From Mobula hypostoma (Eukaryota), in contig NC_086097.1 in NCBI RefSeq assembly GCF_963921235.1, forward strand, positions 167,092,001 through 167,156,000: a DNA stretch of 64,000 bases, read 5' to 3'. The position numbers were made by a program, and so were the translations under genes. The notes under the pieces are model-generated. The model saw nothing but the letters and a program-made list of their open reading frames with translations, ran no database searches and was not told where the DNA came from. Positions 1-14,089 of the stretch are shown here, piece by piece (the first letter of the stretch is position 1; every line of letters starts with the position of its first letter).

Positions 1-2389
1 CAGCAACATCAAGGCCACTTTCGTCACTTTGCACTAAAATGCACTTTGACTTTTTCTGTTCTAATTGTGTTCTTTCTTGTAAAAATTGTGAATAATTTAT
101 GTTTTTCCTGCGAATGCTGCATAGATAGTGTTATGTGCCTGTGATCCTGTTGAAAGATTTCATTATAGTTCAAAGCAATTTTATTATCTAAGTACTGGAT
201 ATTTATATGTTACCATATACTTCTTCGAGATTCTTTTTCAGCTTGCAGCTGGGCATACATGTACTTGTGCAAATGAGAATAGACCTGACTTTGACTGACA
301 GATTTAAAATGCACATCACAGGAATGGGCTGTTCAGCAATGATGTTGGGCCAAACTAATTAAATAATGACAACTCATTAAACTTAACCGTTTTGTTCCAC
401 TAAGAGACTCACTGGAAGAGGGGATGAGATTGTAGTAGACTTGAGAGGCCACATAGCCTAAACTTGTTTATTTCCCCTGAATTTACTGCCAATTCATTTC
501 CAGTATAAGTTCAGTGCCTCTGTGCTCCTGCATTATATGTATTTAATATGCTGATTGATAGTACAACCCAAGATCAGTAGTTACAAAACAGGGATTGAGG
601 CAGCAGTTCAAAATGCAAGGCTTTTAACTTTTTTTACTTGAACATTCTCGAGAAGGTCTAATTTTACATGATTTGTCTTTACACAGTAGTTGAAACTTTT
701 CACTGCTCCATTTTGAAATTTAGCAATAACTGTGTAAAAAATCCATCCAAATTCACAAATAAGTTTTCAGGGTTATAATTCAAGTAAATCCAAAATAAAC
801 TCTGCTTTATTTCAAGTGAACATTCTTTGCAAAAAAAGAGCCTGTAGTAAGCTGGCAAGCACCTAAGATCCTTGCTAACTGCAACTCCAAGCAGGAAGAT
901 AAAGCTGGCGAGCTAGCTCCAATTAATTTTTATTATGTGACTCATAGCTGAGTGATTTGCCAGAATCTAATCATGGTGCACTCAGTAAAAATCAATTAAA
1001 GAACAGGCTTGGAATTTGTTATGGCTCTGTGTAAAATTTTGTTGCTTCGTAACCTTAGGAATTTCACCACTATATTTCATGAATGAACAAAGGTTAGATT
1101 TAAAGATCTGGCTGCACAATACCAGCAGTGGCAATGCCCATCTCTATTCCAACTGGAGAGATGCCGGAATCAGAGGCTGTCCATTTCCACTCTCACAAGC
1201 AAAAGTATTAGCAGACACCTGGCTGAGAGGTCAATGCGAAGACCTGCTGAGGTCCTCCAGCATTTGTGCGCTGCTCAAGATTTTCAGCATCTGTAGAATT
1301 ACTTGTGTCTAGGGAATGAACAGAAGGCAATGCTGGTAGAATGAGACCAGGTGCATAAAGGGTGGCGGGGAATGGGTAAACAGTTAATGCCTCTGGGGTG
1401 TATATCCTATGAAATGTCCTTCTAGCCTACAATGCCTTCAATGCAAACTTGACAAATCATAAACCTCAAATTCCAATGGGGTTGCAAAACAATCAAAATG
1501 GCTTTAAAATTTATGCCTCCCTCTTATAGGTTTAAGAGTAATAGAATCATACAGCATGGAAACAGGCCCTTTGGCCCCTCTAGTCCATGCCAACCAAAAT
1601 CCCCCAAGCTAGTTCCATTTGCTTAGTGGTAAGAATTGCCTGTTCAGCTGTTTAAATAATGCCATCACTCGAGAAAAAAATACCTATACCGCAAAGGCAG
1701 CTAATTAAAAGTTGAGGAATACTCGTCTTTAGTTTATAAAAATGGTTTAATTGGAAGGAGGGGAAATCAATGTTTCTCTGGCTTTTAACTTACAAATGGG
1801 CTGTGGAGGAGAGAAAGAAGTGAGCTTGGAGTATGGAGAATAATGGAGGTCATGAGAATGCAGAGCGCCTGGTGACTCTGAAAGCACGTTCAAAAGTAAC
1901 ATGCAGGAAATCTGAAATAGAATTAAAATATATGGCTCAGCAGGTTAGGGAGTATCTGTGGAAAGAGAGAGTTTCAATGACTTTCAGCTGAACTGGTGAA
2001 TCTAATCATCAGCTCAAATGGTTAATTCTGCTGCTCCATCATTGGTGCTGGGGTGCAACAGTAACCAATCTAACACTCCCAAACCAGAAATGAAATTTTG
2101 GTTCCCAAACCCCTGTATGACTGCAAGAAGGCAAAGGTCACCTTGTGAGGAATGGGAAAGGCCCTTCTAACCATAATAGCACAGACAAAGTCATTCCCTC
2201 CTCCAAAAGAGGCTGAATTTCTAAATCCCTGGGAAATGGGCTATTTGCTAAATAGTTTATTTTTGTCACATGTATTGAATTCAATGAAAAGCTTTGCTTG
2301 CATGCCATGCACTGTCTCTGTATATCCTGTAGTGTTTTATTCCCTACCTCAATCATTCCATACACAAGTACCTATGAAAGGGGATATAA

Positions 2390-2790
2390 AAACAAAATAC
2401 AGAATATTGAGTTACAGTTACAGATAAAGTGCCAAGCACTTAGACAAATAAAATGCAAAAACAGTGTCAAGATAGATTGAGTGATTAAGAGTTGATCTTC
2501 ATTGTGTGGAAGATCTGTTCAATAGTCTAATAGCAATGGAATGAAGCTGTCCTTAAACCCAATGGCACGCATTCTCAAATTTTTGTATCATTTGCATGAC
2601 GGAAGTGCAGAGAAGAGAGAACAATTGGGATGGGAGGGTTCCCTGATTATGTTGGCTGCTTTGCTATGTCAGTGGGAAATGGAAACAGTTAATGGAAAGA
2701 GCCTGGTTTCCATGATGGACTGGGCTGTATGCACAATTCTCTGCAATTTCTTGCCGTCTTGGACAGGGCAGTTGCCATGTTGTGATGGAA
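2390..2790 (-). mobile_element. Degraded Rex1/Babar-type LINE 3' fragment
   Basis: Reverse strand encodes a decayed PSGRRY...RFKDSF-like C-terminal motif shared with the Rex1-like copy at 31185-32472. Confidence 0.5.
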
Positions 2791-4179
2791 TTATAAATTA
2801 TAAATCCACTCTCAAGCTCCTACCAATTGATTTAAATCCGTGTTCCCTGTTCACTTACCAGTAGGGTATTTTTTATTCGCCCTCCAAGGGGTTCTCCTGA
2901 TTTTCCACAGCAACCCTCACAACATAGCCTCCTCAATACTATTCCACACTCAATTTTTTCAATGACAGGTAATTGATGTTTGGCTGTTTTCATTGTGTTA
3001 AGATCACATGCACTTGCTTTGGTCTTCAACCCTCTTCAATCTTTTCCTAACTCACCACTCATGAGGCCAGTAACATCGATCTCTTGATCCATTTTGTTCT
3101 TCACATCAGAAAAAGGTTAAATAACATTGCAGATAGATTATTCCATTCTCCCACAGATAGGAAGATGTGAAAAAGAAAACAAAAGTCTTGGTTTGTTAAA
3201 GCCAAAGTGACATGATCAAAGGCTCACTGATTTTTAACTGCACAATACTTTTATTTCATAAAAGAAATTAAACTTATAAACATCTTTCATCTCAATAATT
3301 AATGATTAAGCAAGTTTATGTAACAATATAGTTCTTGTCAGTAGTAGCAGGTTTCAGTTAAAGCAATCTATCATGATATTATACATTGATCAATTACCAC
3401 TTGCTGCAGGCATCATTTGTGAAATTGGGCTGGTCATTTCAGAGATAAGAGTCAATGACAGGGTGTGAAAGTGGAGTTGATTACAATACAAAAATATTAA
3501 ACTACCGACAGTACCAATGTAACCCCATAACAATGCAAGCTATGTAGCACATGTCCAAAGTCACTCATTTCAACTCTCCACTTTACTTTTGACAACCAGA
3601 GACTGGTGATGGGGATGAGTGATGAGAAGCTATTGGAGCTCCTCAAATGCCTCTACAAGCAAGCCGTGCTCATTTTTCCCTGTAAGTTTCTTCCAATGTT
3701 CCTCCTCTTGTTCATACCACAGCACAAAAAAAGTTAGCCATTTTGATATCATTACTGTTATTTGAATATTTCTATTATCTGGTTATGTACTTACTGCTGT
3801 GACGAATCATTATGGCCTACCTATAATGCTGCTAAAACCTTTGGGTTATCCCAAATGTTTTAATTATCATCATTATTAATAATATTATTCCTACTCTCAC
3901 CGATATGCTCTCTTCTGTTTGCAGTAAGTTAGAGGATTCTTCTGTCATTTTGATGGAAGACCAAAAATATTTATAGACAGTCAAAGGCTTTCATGTTGGG
4001 TCAACAGAAAGCTTCAAACCATACTTTCTTTTTCAAATAATATAATTGACTTGCCTTTAAAAGCTTCTGGAAAGAGGATGTTCAACATATTTACTTTTAT
4101 TTTTTATTTATTTAGGCTCTTCTGGCCTAATAAGCCTATGTCACCCAATTACACACACGTGACTATGCTGGTACATTGC

Positions 4180-4826
4180 AGAGGCAGTGCAGATGGAGTG
4201 AGTCATTCAGAGAGTTGTTGAGGCAGAGGTGTTCCAATGCCCATACAGCTGGCTCTGATGAGAGTCTGGATTTCTCATGACACTGAGCCGATTTGCAGAA
4301 ATCAAGAGTTTTGGGCTAGGCAGCGAAATCTAGGCCAGGAGCAAGTCACTGGGTGGCTTGTTCTAGGCCTGGAACCTTTCGCTGCAGCGGTGCCTGGATC
4401 CTAGTGCTATTTGGACAATTTAAATCATATATTGAAAAGACAGGACATTGTGATCAGAGGCAAGAGCCGATCCTGCTCGCTCTCCTGCAGTGTTCGCTCC
4501 TCTCTCCATGGCACTGAGGCTATGAAGACCGCTCCTGGCTGCTGTGTTCCACGCACGTTAATATAAGGACTGATACTGAGGCTTTGGGCCTACTCCAGGG
4601 TTCGGATACAAAGATGCACTTTGGTTCAGTATGTTGTTGCTCATTTCTATTGTTTGCATGCTTTGTAGTTGTTTCCCCTTTCCTTGTGCATTGTGTGTTG
4701 GTCTGTATCTTTTTTAAATTGGGTTCTTTTGAGTTTCTTACTTTGTGGCTACTTGTAAGTGAACAAATCTCAAGGTTGTATAATTTATACATTCTTTGAT
4801 AATGAATGTACTTTGAACTTTGAACC
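4180..4826 (+). mobile_element. Non-autonomous retroelement with Rex1-like (TTTGAAC)n tail
   Basis: Ends in AATGAATGTACTTTGAACTTTGAAC; its 3' part resembles the minus-strand copies near 12404 and 58030. Confidence 0.4.
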
Positions 4827-4911
4827 AACTGACCCGTATATGTCTTTAGAATGTGTGAGGAAACTTGTGCGGTCACGGGGAATGTACACACTTCCTACAG
4901 TCGGGCAGAAT

Positions 4912-5446
4912 TAGGGTTGCCAACTTTCTCACTCCCAAATAAGGGACAAAAGTAGCGGTCAAATACGGGACACTTGTGTTTACCCCGAGGATAGACTACC
5001 ATGACCATGAAGCCTTACGCGGGCACCTGTGTGCATATGCGTGACGTGCGCATTCTTGTACGTATCAATTTTTTTCTACAAATCGGTTTAGGCTTAATCT
5101 TCCTGATTCTGATACATTGTACATACATTATTTCTACTTTATATAGGCTGTGTATTTATCATATCATTCCTGCTTTTACTATATGTTTGTGTTATTTTAG
5201 GTTTTATGTGTTATTGGTATGATTTGGTAGGTTATTTTTTGGGTCTGGGAATGCTCAAAAATTTTTCCCATCTAAATTAATGGTAATTGCTTCTGCGCTT
5301 TACGCCATTTCGGCTTACGAATGGTTTCATAGGAACGCTCTACCTTAGCAGGGGAAATACTGGACAAGGGTGGTCCTGTATGGGACAAACCGATTTAGCC
5401 CAATATATGGGATGTCCCAGCTAATACGAGACAGTTGGCAACCGTA
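4912..5446. mobile_element. hAT-superfamily MITE (535 bp), copy 1
   Basis: TIRs TAGGGTTGCCAAC / GTTGGCAACCGTA; perfect 8-bp TSD GGCAGAAT (4904-4911, 5447-5454); highly similar to 34882-35421. Confidence 0.9.
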
Positions 5447-5605
5447 GGCAGAATTGTCATTTTGGTGACTTTGTAACAGTGCTGTGCTAATGGCTATCCT
5501 ACTGTGCCACCATTGATGGAAGATATATGGCTAAGTGACAGAAATAGATGCTAAAACATAGATAATCATAGATTGTTCAAGTATTGTTCTCAGCCAATAG
5601 TACTA

Positions 5606-7195
5606 ATTTTCAATCCTCTGGCCCTGACTGCTTCAAATTCACCATGGATGTCCAGTCCCTGTATACTTCTATCCCCCAACAAAGAAGGTCTTAAAACTCT
5701 CTGCTTCTTTCTCAATAAAAGTATCAACCAAATCCTCTCCACTACCACTCTCCTCTATCAAGCAGAACTGGTCCTCACGCTCAACAATTTCTCCTTCGGT
5801 TCTGCCCACTTTCTCCAGACTCGAGGGGTAGCCACGTGCACCAGCATGGGCCCCAGCTATGTTTGCCTTTTCATTGGAGCAGTCCATGTCCCAAGCTTTC
5901 CCCAGTAATGCTCCCCAACTCTTCCTCTGCTGCATTGACGACTACATTAGCGCTGCGTTTGACAATTTCATCGACGTTGCCTCCAACTTCCACTCTGGCC
6001 TTAAATTCACTTTGTCCAGTTCTGACGTCTCCCTCCCCTTTCTCAATCTCTGTCTCCAACTGTGGGGACCAACTGTCGGCATTTTATAAACATATCGATT
6101 CCCACAGCCATCTTGACTATACCTCTTCCCACTGTGCCTCCTGTAAAAATGCTACTTCATTTTCTCAGTTCCTTCATTTCTGCCGCATCTGTTCTCAGGA
6201 TGAGGCTTTCTTTTCTCAAGACATTAGTGACGTCCTCCTCCTTCAAAGAACAGGATTTCCCTCCCTCCACCATTAATGCTGCCCTCACCTGCATCTCCTC
6301 CATTTCCTGGACATCCACTCACCTTATCTTCCCTCCGTCTTTATCATGACAGAGTTCCTCACCTAACACCCCATGAGTCTCCACACTCAACACATCATTC
6401 TTCACCAATGGGATCCTACCACCAAACACATCTTTACCTTCACCACCCTCCCATTCTCTGTTTTCCATAATAGTTGCTCTATTCGCCCCGCCCCACTAAT
6501 TTCCCTCCTGCCACTTATCTCTGCAAGCAGCCAAAGTGCTACACCAGTCCATTCACCTTCATTCAGGGCCTCACCCAAACAATCCTTCCAGGTGAGGCAA
6601 AACTTCATCTGCGAACCTGACGGGGTCATCTATGACATCCAGTGCTCCAGATGTGGCCTACTCTACATTGGTGAGACCCATCATAAATTGGGGGACCTTT
6701 CGTCGAGCAGTTCCACTCCAACTTCCCGGTGGCCAAACATTTTGATTCCAATTCCCGCTCCAGTTTCTGTCCAGACATGTTGGCCCATGGACTCCTCTTG
6801 CGTCATGATGAGGCCACCCTCATGCCTCCAACCTGATGAGATGAATATTGGATTCTCCTTCCAATAAAATAAAATTCTTCCCCTCCCTTCTTCTACTATT
6901 ACCCACCCTGGCCTCTTACTTCTTTCCAACTGTCTATTACCTCCGCTGTTGCCCCCCCCCCCTTTCTATGGTCCACTCTCCTATCAGATTTTTTTCTCTC
7001 CAGCCCTTTACCTTTCCCACCCTCCACCTTTTTATTCTGGTATCTTTTCCCTTCCTTTCCAGTCCCGAAGAAGGGTATTGTCTCAGAATATCAACTGTTT
7101 GTTTTTTTCCCATGGATGCTGTCTGAACTGCTGAGTTCCTCCAGCATCTTGTGTGATGATTTGGATTTCCAGTATCTGCAGAATGTCTTCTGTTA
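5606..7195 (+). mobile_element. Penelope-like element (Neptune type), degraded RT + GIY-YIG + terminal repeat
   Basis: Frameshifted RT pieces (ELVLTLNNFSFG, GVA..MGPSY, LFLCCIDD) and GIY-YIG (GVIYDIQCSRCGLLYIGET), then a pyrimidine-rich 3' region ending in the CCAGTATCTGCAG terminal motif. Confidence 0.85.
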
Positions 7196-7454
7196 GTGAT
7201 AATAAGGTATTTATTAAATACACACGATGGATTCTGTGCATGTTTTGAAGGATGGAATTTAAAAAAGCTTTTCAATTGTGAACTTGTATTTGTTTCATCA
7301 AACACTTACAAGTCAATGATTTCTCCAGTTCTAGCATTACTAATGTTCAAGCTATGCAAATAAAATATAGTTTGCAGCTAAATGGCCAGGTGTCTTTCAT
7401 TCACAGACTCCTGTACAAAGTGCCAACTCCCACTCTTTGTACCATAGTTTCCAG

Positions 7455-7740
7455 TTCTCAGAATCAGGTTTATCATCACTGACATGTGTCATGAAATTTG
7501 TTGCTCTACAGTGCAAGACACAAAAAATTACTAAGCTACAATGAGAAATCAACCTAACACCTAACAGCACAAAAGAAGAAAAAAAAAATCGGTAGTGCTC
7601 ACAGACTATTAGGAAACCTAATGGCAGAGGGGAAGAAGCTGTTTCTAAAACAATGAGCGCACATCTTCAGGCCCCTATACCTCCGCCCTATTTGCAGTGA
7701 TAAGAAGAGAGCATGTCCTAGATAGCGAGGGTCCTTAAGC
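7455..7740 (-). mobile_element. Rex1/Babar-type LINE 3' fragment
   Basis: The plus strand begins with the reverse-complemented tail (cagaatcaggtttatcatc) and contains GAAGAAGCTGTTTCT (NSFF on the reverse strand). Confidence 0.55.
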
Positions 7741-8144
7741 TACCATTATCATCACCCTCATTCCTCCCCAAGCCTCTCATCTCTCCAGAACCTCAATCTG
7801 GTGGCTTTGTGATTGGAGCTTTGGCAAGCAGGCTAATGGGATGCAGAGGGACTACCACTGACACCTTCCAGCAGTTCAAGTCATCACTGATCCTTGGACG
7901 CTTTCAATATTCAGCTTACTTTAGCAGCCTTGTCATCTGTATTTTGGAACTTGAACTGAGGCACCAGGAAGAAGAGAAGGGGAAGATGGTGAAATGGGTG
8001 TTCAAAATGATTGCTGTACTTTAAAGTGCCTCAAATCATATCCATCTCGTGACATTTTAAATAGTAGGAGTAAGCCATCCTGTCATTCACCAGCCCCGCA
8101 TTTCATTGAGATGATGGCCTCAGTAACACTTTCCAGCACTTTTA

Positions 8145-8765
8145 CTTGTTCAAGGGCCCATCCCTAGTTGCCATCAGGAAGATGGTGGTGAGCTGCCTTC
8201 TTGAACCACTGCCATCCTTGAAGTGTAGCTTAACAATGCAATTGGGAAGTGCTCTAGTATGTTGACTTGGCGATGGTGAAGGGATATTGATACATCTCCA
8301 AGTCAGAATTGTATGCGACTTGGAGAGCAACTTGCAGGGATTGTTGTTTCCAACCTTTTGCTATCCTTGTCCTTCTGGCTGGAAAAGATTGTGGGTTTGG
8401 AAGGTGCTGTCTGGGTGAGTTGCTGCAATGTACAAACTGCCACTGGTGGAGCGAGGGAATGGTTGTGGATGAGGTGCCTACCATGCTAGTAATGTTATGT
8501 AGGTACATGGAAAGGTACATGGAAAGGTACAGTGCAGGAAAGGCCTTTGGGTCCACAATGTCTGTGCTGAACGTGGTGCCAAATCAAACTAACTCTCTTC
8601 TAGTGTAAACCTTTTGGATGTTGTCCAAGCTGCGATCATCCAAGCACATGGAGAGTACTTCATCCCATTCCTGACTTAAGGCCTGTAGATGATGGGCAGG
8701 CTTTAGGAGTTGGGGGATGAGTTATTTACTGTAAGATTGCTACCCTCTGTCCTGCTCTTGCAGAT
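8145..8765 (-). mobile_element. Old LINE 3' fragment (CR1/L2-type)
   Basis: Reverse strand carries the GGTTCAAGAAGGCAGCTCACCACCATCTT...AACTAGGGATGGG tail seen in chondrichthyan LINE/SINE families; degraded. Confidence 0.45.
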
Positions 8766-10575
8766 ACCGGTAGATTGGTACTATTTCTGTAGCCATGATT
8801 CCTATTTTGAATACACATCACAACTAAGTCTTGACAACAATCAGAATAGAGAATTCAAAAGATTCATCACTGAGTGAAAAATTTCTTGCCTACCCCTAAT
8901 TCTGACACTGTGCCCTTTAGCTGTTCAGTCAAGGCAAACAAACTCCCTGCATCCCACCTCTGAAACTCTTAAGAATTTTGACGAGGATTCCTCTAACTCT
9001 TCTAAACTCTACATAATACAGTCCTTGACTATTCACTTTCTTATCATATGGAATCTCTCTTCCTCTGCTCAATTTAGCTCTGGTTAATTAAGAGGACATT
9101 CAATCAAATGCCATGCCCTCCATTCAGTCCTTACTGTGTTATTTTAAACTTTTCACTGAATTTCCCACCCACGGATGCAGAAGTGCAAGTGGCACATTAC
9201 AAAGCTTGACCTAGGTAACCTTGCAATTTTTGGATAAGCATCTGAATAGGGTCTAGAAGCAAAGGGATTTGGAGCAAAAGATTCAAAGATCACTGATAAA
9301 TTAGGCCATTGACCACAGTGATTCACGTCCAAAGGGACAGGCCTGAAATACAGAAGAATCATGCTGAACCTGCATTGAACCTTGCTTGCTTAGACCATAC
9401 TTCCATTTCAGTGCACAGTTCCGGTCTCTGAATTACATCAGGAGCAGGTGCAAGGAATTTACTGGAATAAAGGCAGAACTAAGAGGATATATTTTTGAGG
9501 CAAGGTTGAACCATCAGGAAAAGATAGATGACATTGTAAGATGGGAAACAGAGCATGCCCACAACTTACTAACCCTAATCTGTACACCGATGTGGGAGGA
9601 AACTAGAGCACCCATTGGAAACCCACTCAGTCACAAAGAGAACAGACATACTTCTTACAGACAGCACTGGAAATCAAAGTCCAGTCTTACAGATGGCACT
9701 GTGTTGTGCTACATCTACACTACTGTATTGCCCATTAATCCCTTTGGCCAATAATGGGGAGGATTGTTGGATTGGATGGTGGGAGGGATGGAGGCTCACA
9801 TATAGCTATGTCAGTTGGGTTGAACACTCTGACTTTTGCCAAAGTAATTTGTTTAACCCTTTGCAACTATGGGTAGATATCTAACCACCAGCTCTCCGCA
9901 TACAAACACAGGGGTAAGCAGAATGTCTTGTCACGAAGAGCTGCATGTTGTGGAATGTGGTGAGAAAGCAATATGAAGGGGAACAAATAAGGGAGATAAT
10001 TTTGGGAAGAGGGAATAGGGTATCCAGTGGGTGGAGTGGGTGGGCAATTGGCAGAGAGATTAGCTGGGGAGGAGAAAGAAATATGAATATGAAGGTCTAG
10101 AGAAAGTGATGGATAAAAGGATATACATGAGGCTCTTCCTCCCCTGGCAGATGAGAGAAAGAAAGAAACAGAGAGAAAGGAGGAAAAAAAATCTGTAGTC
10201 TCTTGTGTCTCAGTTTCATTCAACACAGGCACAGTCAAACATTCCGACTTTCCAGTATGAAAAAAGCATACTCTTGGCTCTGTTCCTCGATTTAAGCTAC
10301 AAGGCTTTCCTGTGTTATATTAATCCTGTCACCTGGGTGTTCAGGAATGCATTTTACAGGTCCCAAGAGGAGTATCTTGCACCCCAAAATTCCAAACCTA
10401 TAATTACCCAATACCTTTACACATTAGCTGTTTGGAAATAACAAATGCTGTGACTTATTATAGCAGAGAAATTATATTCTACAATCTGAACAAAGGATCG
10501 TATAAAATTATTTGGTTCACTTTTTTTTTCAGCATCCACAGAAGGCCCATTAGTTCTTGAATTTATGCCAACACA

Positions 10576-10760
10576 ATGGGTGGCGCAGTGGTGCAGCCAC
10601 AAACACCATTAGCCCATTGCCCCAGCAACCCAGGTTCGATTCTTACTGCTTGTGCTGTCTATGTGGAGTTTGCATGTTCTCCCTGTTGCTGCCCGGACTT
10701 CAGTGCTGGAGTTACTTCCCACAACCCAAAGACACACTGGCAGGTCAAATGGCTGTGATG
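10576..10760 (+). mobile_element. tRNA-derived V-SINE (HE1-like)
   Basis: A-box-like TGGCGCAGTGG, B-box GGTTCGATTC, V-domain core GTGGAGTTTGCATGTTCTCCC...CCCACAACCCAAAGAC. Confidence 0.7.
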
Positions 10761-11606
10761 AAGCCCTTCAGTGCAGCTCAATCACGAAAAGAAACAAAGG
10801 TAAGTTGATGGGCCTGTGTAATGGAGAATAAAGTACAGAGATGCTGGGAGATGTATTTTGTTTAATATTTTATTACTTATTTGTCTACTTATATTTTTTA
10901 AATATTCTTATTTTTTAAATTATTCATTAGTTTCTAAATTTCTCTGCCATCAAAGATAATTCTCACAAACAGCATATTTCCCCTTCATACTGCTGACTGT
11001 AAAGAACGTCAGGGGAATTTTGAGGCTGGAACTTCTCACAGCACCAACTAATCCTTAAATATCTGGACCTAATGACTGAGGTCTGAGATACAGCAAGGCC
11101 CCTGCATCTGCACACAATGAAAGCACAGGAAAAACGTGGGGATCCTGGGCAGATAGCTCAATCTGGCCCATTCAAATGTCCAGTAACATCATGAACTGAA
11201 TCATTTAAACTCTGGTGGAAATAATGAGAACTTCATTTTTTCATTTTTTTTCATTATTTTTCATTTCTAGTAATAATCTACACTTAAGCTTTTCCAGTAA
11301 GTTTTTCTCTGTCTGAGAAATGGGATGTTCCCAGGTCAACTCAAAGTTTTGTTTCTTCTATGGCATTACAAGGAATGAATGGGAGGAGGCCAACAATCAA
11401 TCTGCTGGAGAACTCGGTTGGTTGAGTAGCATCTATAGGAAGAAAGGAGTCATCGACATTTCAGGTTGAAACAGTGCACAGAACTGAGTGGAGAGGTGAA
11501 GTGACCAATATAAAGTGGAGATGGATAGTTCATCCTAAAACATTGATATTTCCTTTCCCCTCCACTCCCCCAACAGATCCTACATAATCTTCTGAGTTCC
11601 TTCAGC

Positions 11607-12237
11607 ATGCTGGTCTTCATAACAAGGGAAATTGAGTATAAGAGCAATGAGGTCCTTCTGCAGCTGTACAGGGCCCTGGTGAGACCACACCTGGAGTACT
11701 GTGTGCAGTTTTGGTCTCCAAATATGAGGAAGGACATTCTTGCTATTGAGGGAGTGCAGCGTAGGTTCACAAGATTAATTCCCGGGATGGCAGGACTGTC
11801 ATATGTCGAAAGATTGGAGCATCTGGGCTTGTATACTCTGGAATTTAGAAGGCTGAGAGGGGATCTTATTGAAACATATAAGATTATTAAGGGATTGGAC
11901 ACGCTGCAGGCAGGAAGCATGTTCCCGCTGATGGGTGAGTCCAGGACCAGAGGCCACAGTTTAAGAATTAGGGGTAGGCCATTTAGAACGGAGTTGAGGA
12001 AAAACTTTTTCACCCAGAGAGTGGTGGATATATCGTATGCTCTGCCCAGAAGGCTGTGGAAGCCAAGTCTCTGGATGCTTTCAAGAAAGAGATGGATAGA
12101 GCTCTTAAAGATAGTGGAATCAAAGGTTATGGGGATAAGGCAGGAACTGGATACTGATAGTGGATGATCAGCCATGATCACAGTGAATGGCAGTGCTGGC
12201 TCGAAGGGCCAAATGGCCTACTCCTGCACCTATTGTC
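11607..12237 (+). mobile_element. CR1 LINE 3' fragment (ORF2 C-terminus + 3'UTR)
   Basis: ORF LYRALVRPHLEYCVQFWSP...RRLRGDLIETYKI; CR1 3'UTR ending CTCCTGCACCTATTGTC; inserted into a Penelope terminal-repeat remnant. Confidence 0.92.
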
Positions 12238-12403
12238 GCTCTGGATTCCAGTATCTTCAATCTGTTTTGTTTACACAGGAGTAGGGCCTTCAGCAACTCC
12301 CCACATCTGTCCTTCTTTGCACGCTGTGCTCTAGCACTTCCTGCAAAGCCAAAATTGAATATTGCTGTCCACCTCAACAGGAAGGAGTATTAAGGAGCTC
12401 AAC

Positions 12404-12800
12404 AGTTAAAGTACATTTATTATCAAAGTATGTTTGCTCTTTGCCGCCCTGAGATTCATCTTTCCACGCGCAGTGTCAAAACAATGAAACACCATGGAAC
12501 CCGTTGAAAGAAAACACCAAACATCCAAAGCGCAAAAAAAAACATGCAAACAGCAAAAAAGTGAAAAAACAGAATTTAAAACATCAAACCACAGAGTCAT
12601 TTAAACAGTCTAGAATGCTCTGTTTAACTCAGTTCAGTTCAATTTAGCGCTGTATTGTTTCTTGACTGCCAGTCTGCCATGATCAAAATTACACAAAACA
12701 GTAATAACAAAAAGGAGTAACTAGAAGCCATAAGCATATATAACATGAACTGCAGAGTTCAATCCACAAACTGTGTTGACTAAACCTTGCCCTTGATCCC
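12404..12800 (-). mobile_element. Non-autonomous element with Rex1-like tail
   Basis: The plus strand begins with the reverse-complemented tail gttaaagtacatttattatcaaagta; related to 4180-4826 and 58030-58830. Confidence 0.4.
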
Positions 12801-12829
12801 AATGTCATTCTCCGGTAGCACTGAGATCT

Positions 12830-12990
12830 CTTACTATCTCTTCTTTCAGTTAATCCTGACGAAGGGTCTCATCCCGAAACGTCGACTGTGCCTCTTCCTA
12901 GAGATGCTGCCTGGCCTACTGTGTTCACCAGCAACTTTGATGTGTGTTGCTTGAATTTCCAGCATCTGCAGATTTCCTTGTGTTTGCCTC
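12830..12990 (+). mobile_element. Penelope terminal-repeat (pLTR) fragment
   Basis: Highly similar to the 3' end of 23090-23236. Confidence 0.85.
12852..12887 (+). ncRNA. Minimal type I hammerhead ribozyme motif (core intact, one stem I mismatch)
   Basis: AATC-CTGACGA-A-GGG-TCTCAT-CCC-GAAA-CG-TC-GACT. Confidence 0.65.
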
Positions 12991-14089
12991 TCATCATTCC
13001 ACTTGGTCTGCACCCAGACAAACACCTATCACAGTTCAGTTGACAGTAATAACTCCCATCGCCTACACTGACCATCCCCAAAGTCTACACTTTACAAATT
13101 GATCCCCAAGGACCATCAAGGCTATGATTTCACATTATGATTTTGGGGGTAATTGTTCATTTTTGACCCATGTTAAATTCAGGTGATGGACAGATCTCAG
13201 GAATAGAGATAACACAGAGGTCACTCGCATAGGCAGGGCAAAGGGCTGGAAACTCCCCCCTATGCACAGGTGCATAAAACTAGAGCGCACAGGTTCAGGG
13301 CAAAAGACAACCAAAGGTACTGAAGTGGGATTGAAGTTAGACTGACTGCTTTCTTTCAGAACATTGATGGGTATTTATCTTGAAATCTGAAGCACAATTC
13401 CCAATAAGTTAGATTGTTTCATTGGTACCAAAGAACATATCCATAACCACACTCCAATATATTCAACTATGCACAGATTTGGAAAGTAATAACAAGAGCA
13501 GCAAGCTTTTCATTACAAATTTTAAAGTTCTTCAAGCACAGGAGAAAACAATTTACTACAAATTATATTGTCTAATTTATGGAACAGATTTCCACATAAG
13601 AAAGATTTAATTCTGCCCCAAGTGCAGAGTTGTGGGATTACTTTGTTGAGAGTAAGTTTAGTTATGTGGCTAAATATAACTTGGAGAGGAGATAAGGATA
13701 AAAACGTAGAGGAAGTTTAGAAAGGTGAAAGCAAAAAAAAACACAAACTTAAACATAGCTGTGCAGAAATGTTTAACAGTTGATATTCGGCACACATGAT
13801 AAGGTGCTGTTTAGACTAAGGAGATTTATCATGCGATTTTAAGCAAACTGCTGCCAAATATCTAAAAACATCCGTCACAGTTCACTACATTTCAAGTAAA
13901 AAATCCATCACTGGTGAGTTCTTCTTTGATAGTAATATCAATTACTATCTGAATATATTAGTGTTATAAACCCCTAGTTATTAAAGTTAATGTACCTTAT
14001 TACCTTAGCATCTGGCTGTCAAAGGTAATTTGGAATGATCTGTCAGCCCATCCCCTTTGTGCTAAATCACTTCCTGCACTACAATAGAC

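Noticed and set aside
10576..10660. tRNA gene (A/B boxes)
   Set aside because: No cloverleaf; continues into a V-SINE core, so it is a SINE head.
11450..12181. 243-aa minus-strand ORF
   Set aside because: Antisense shadow of the CR1 ORF2 fragment.
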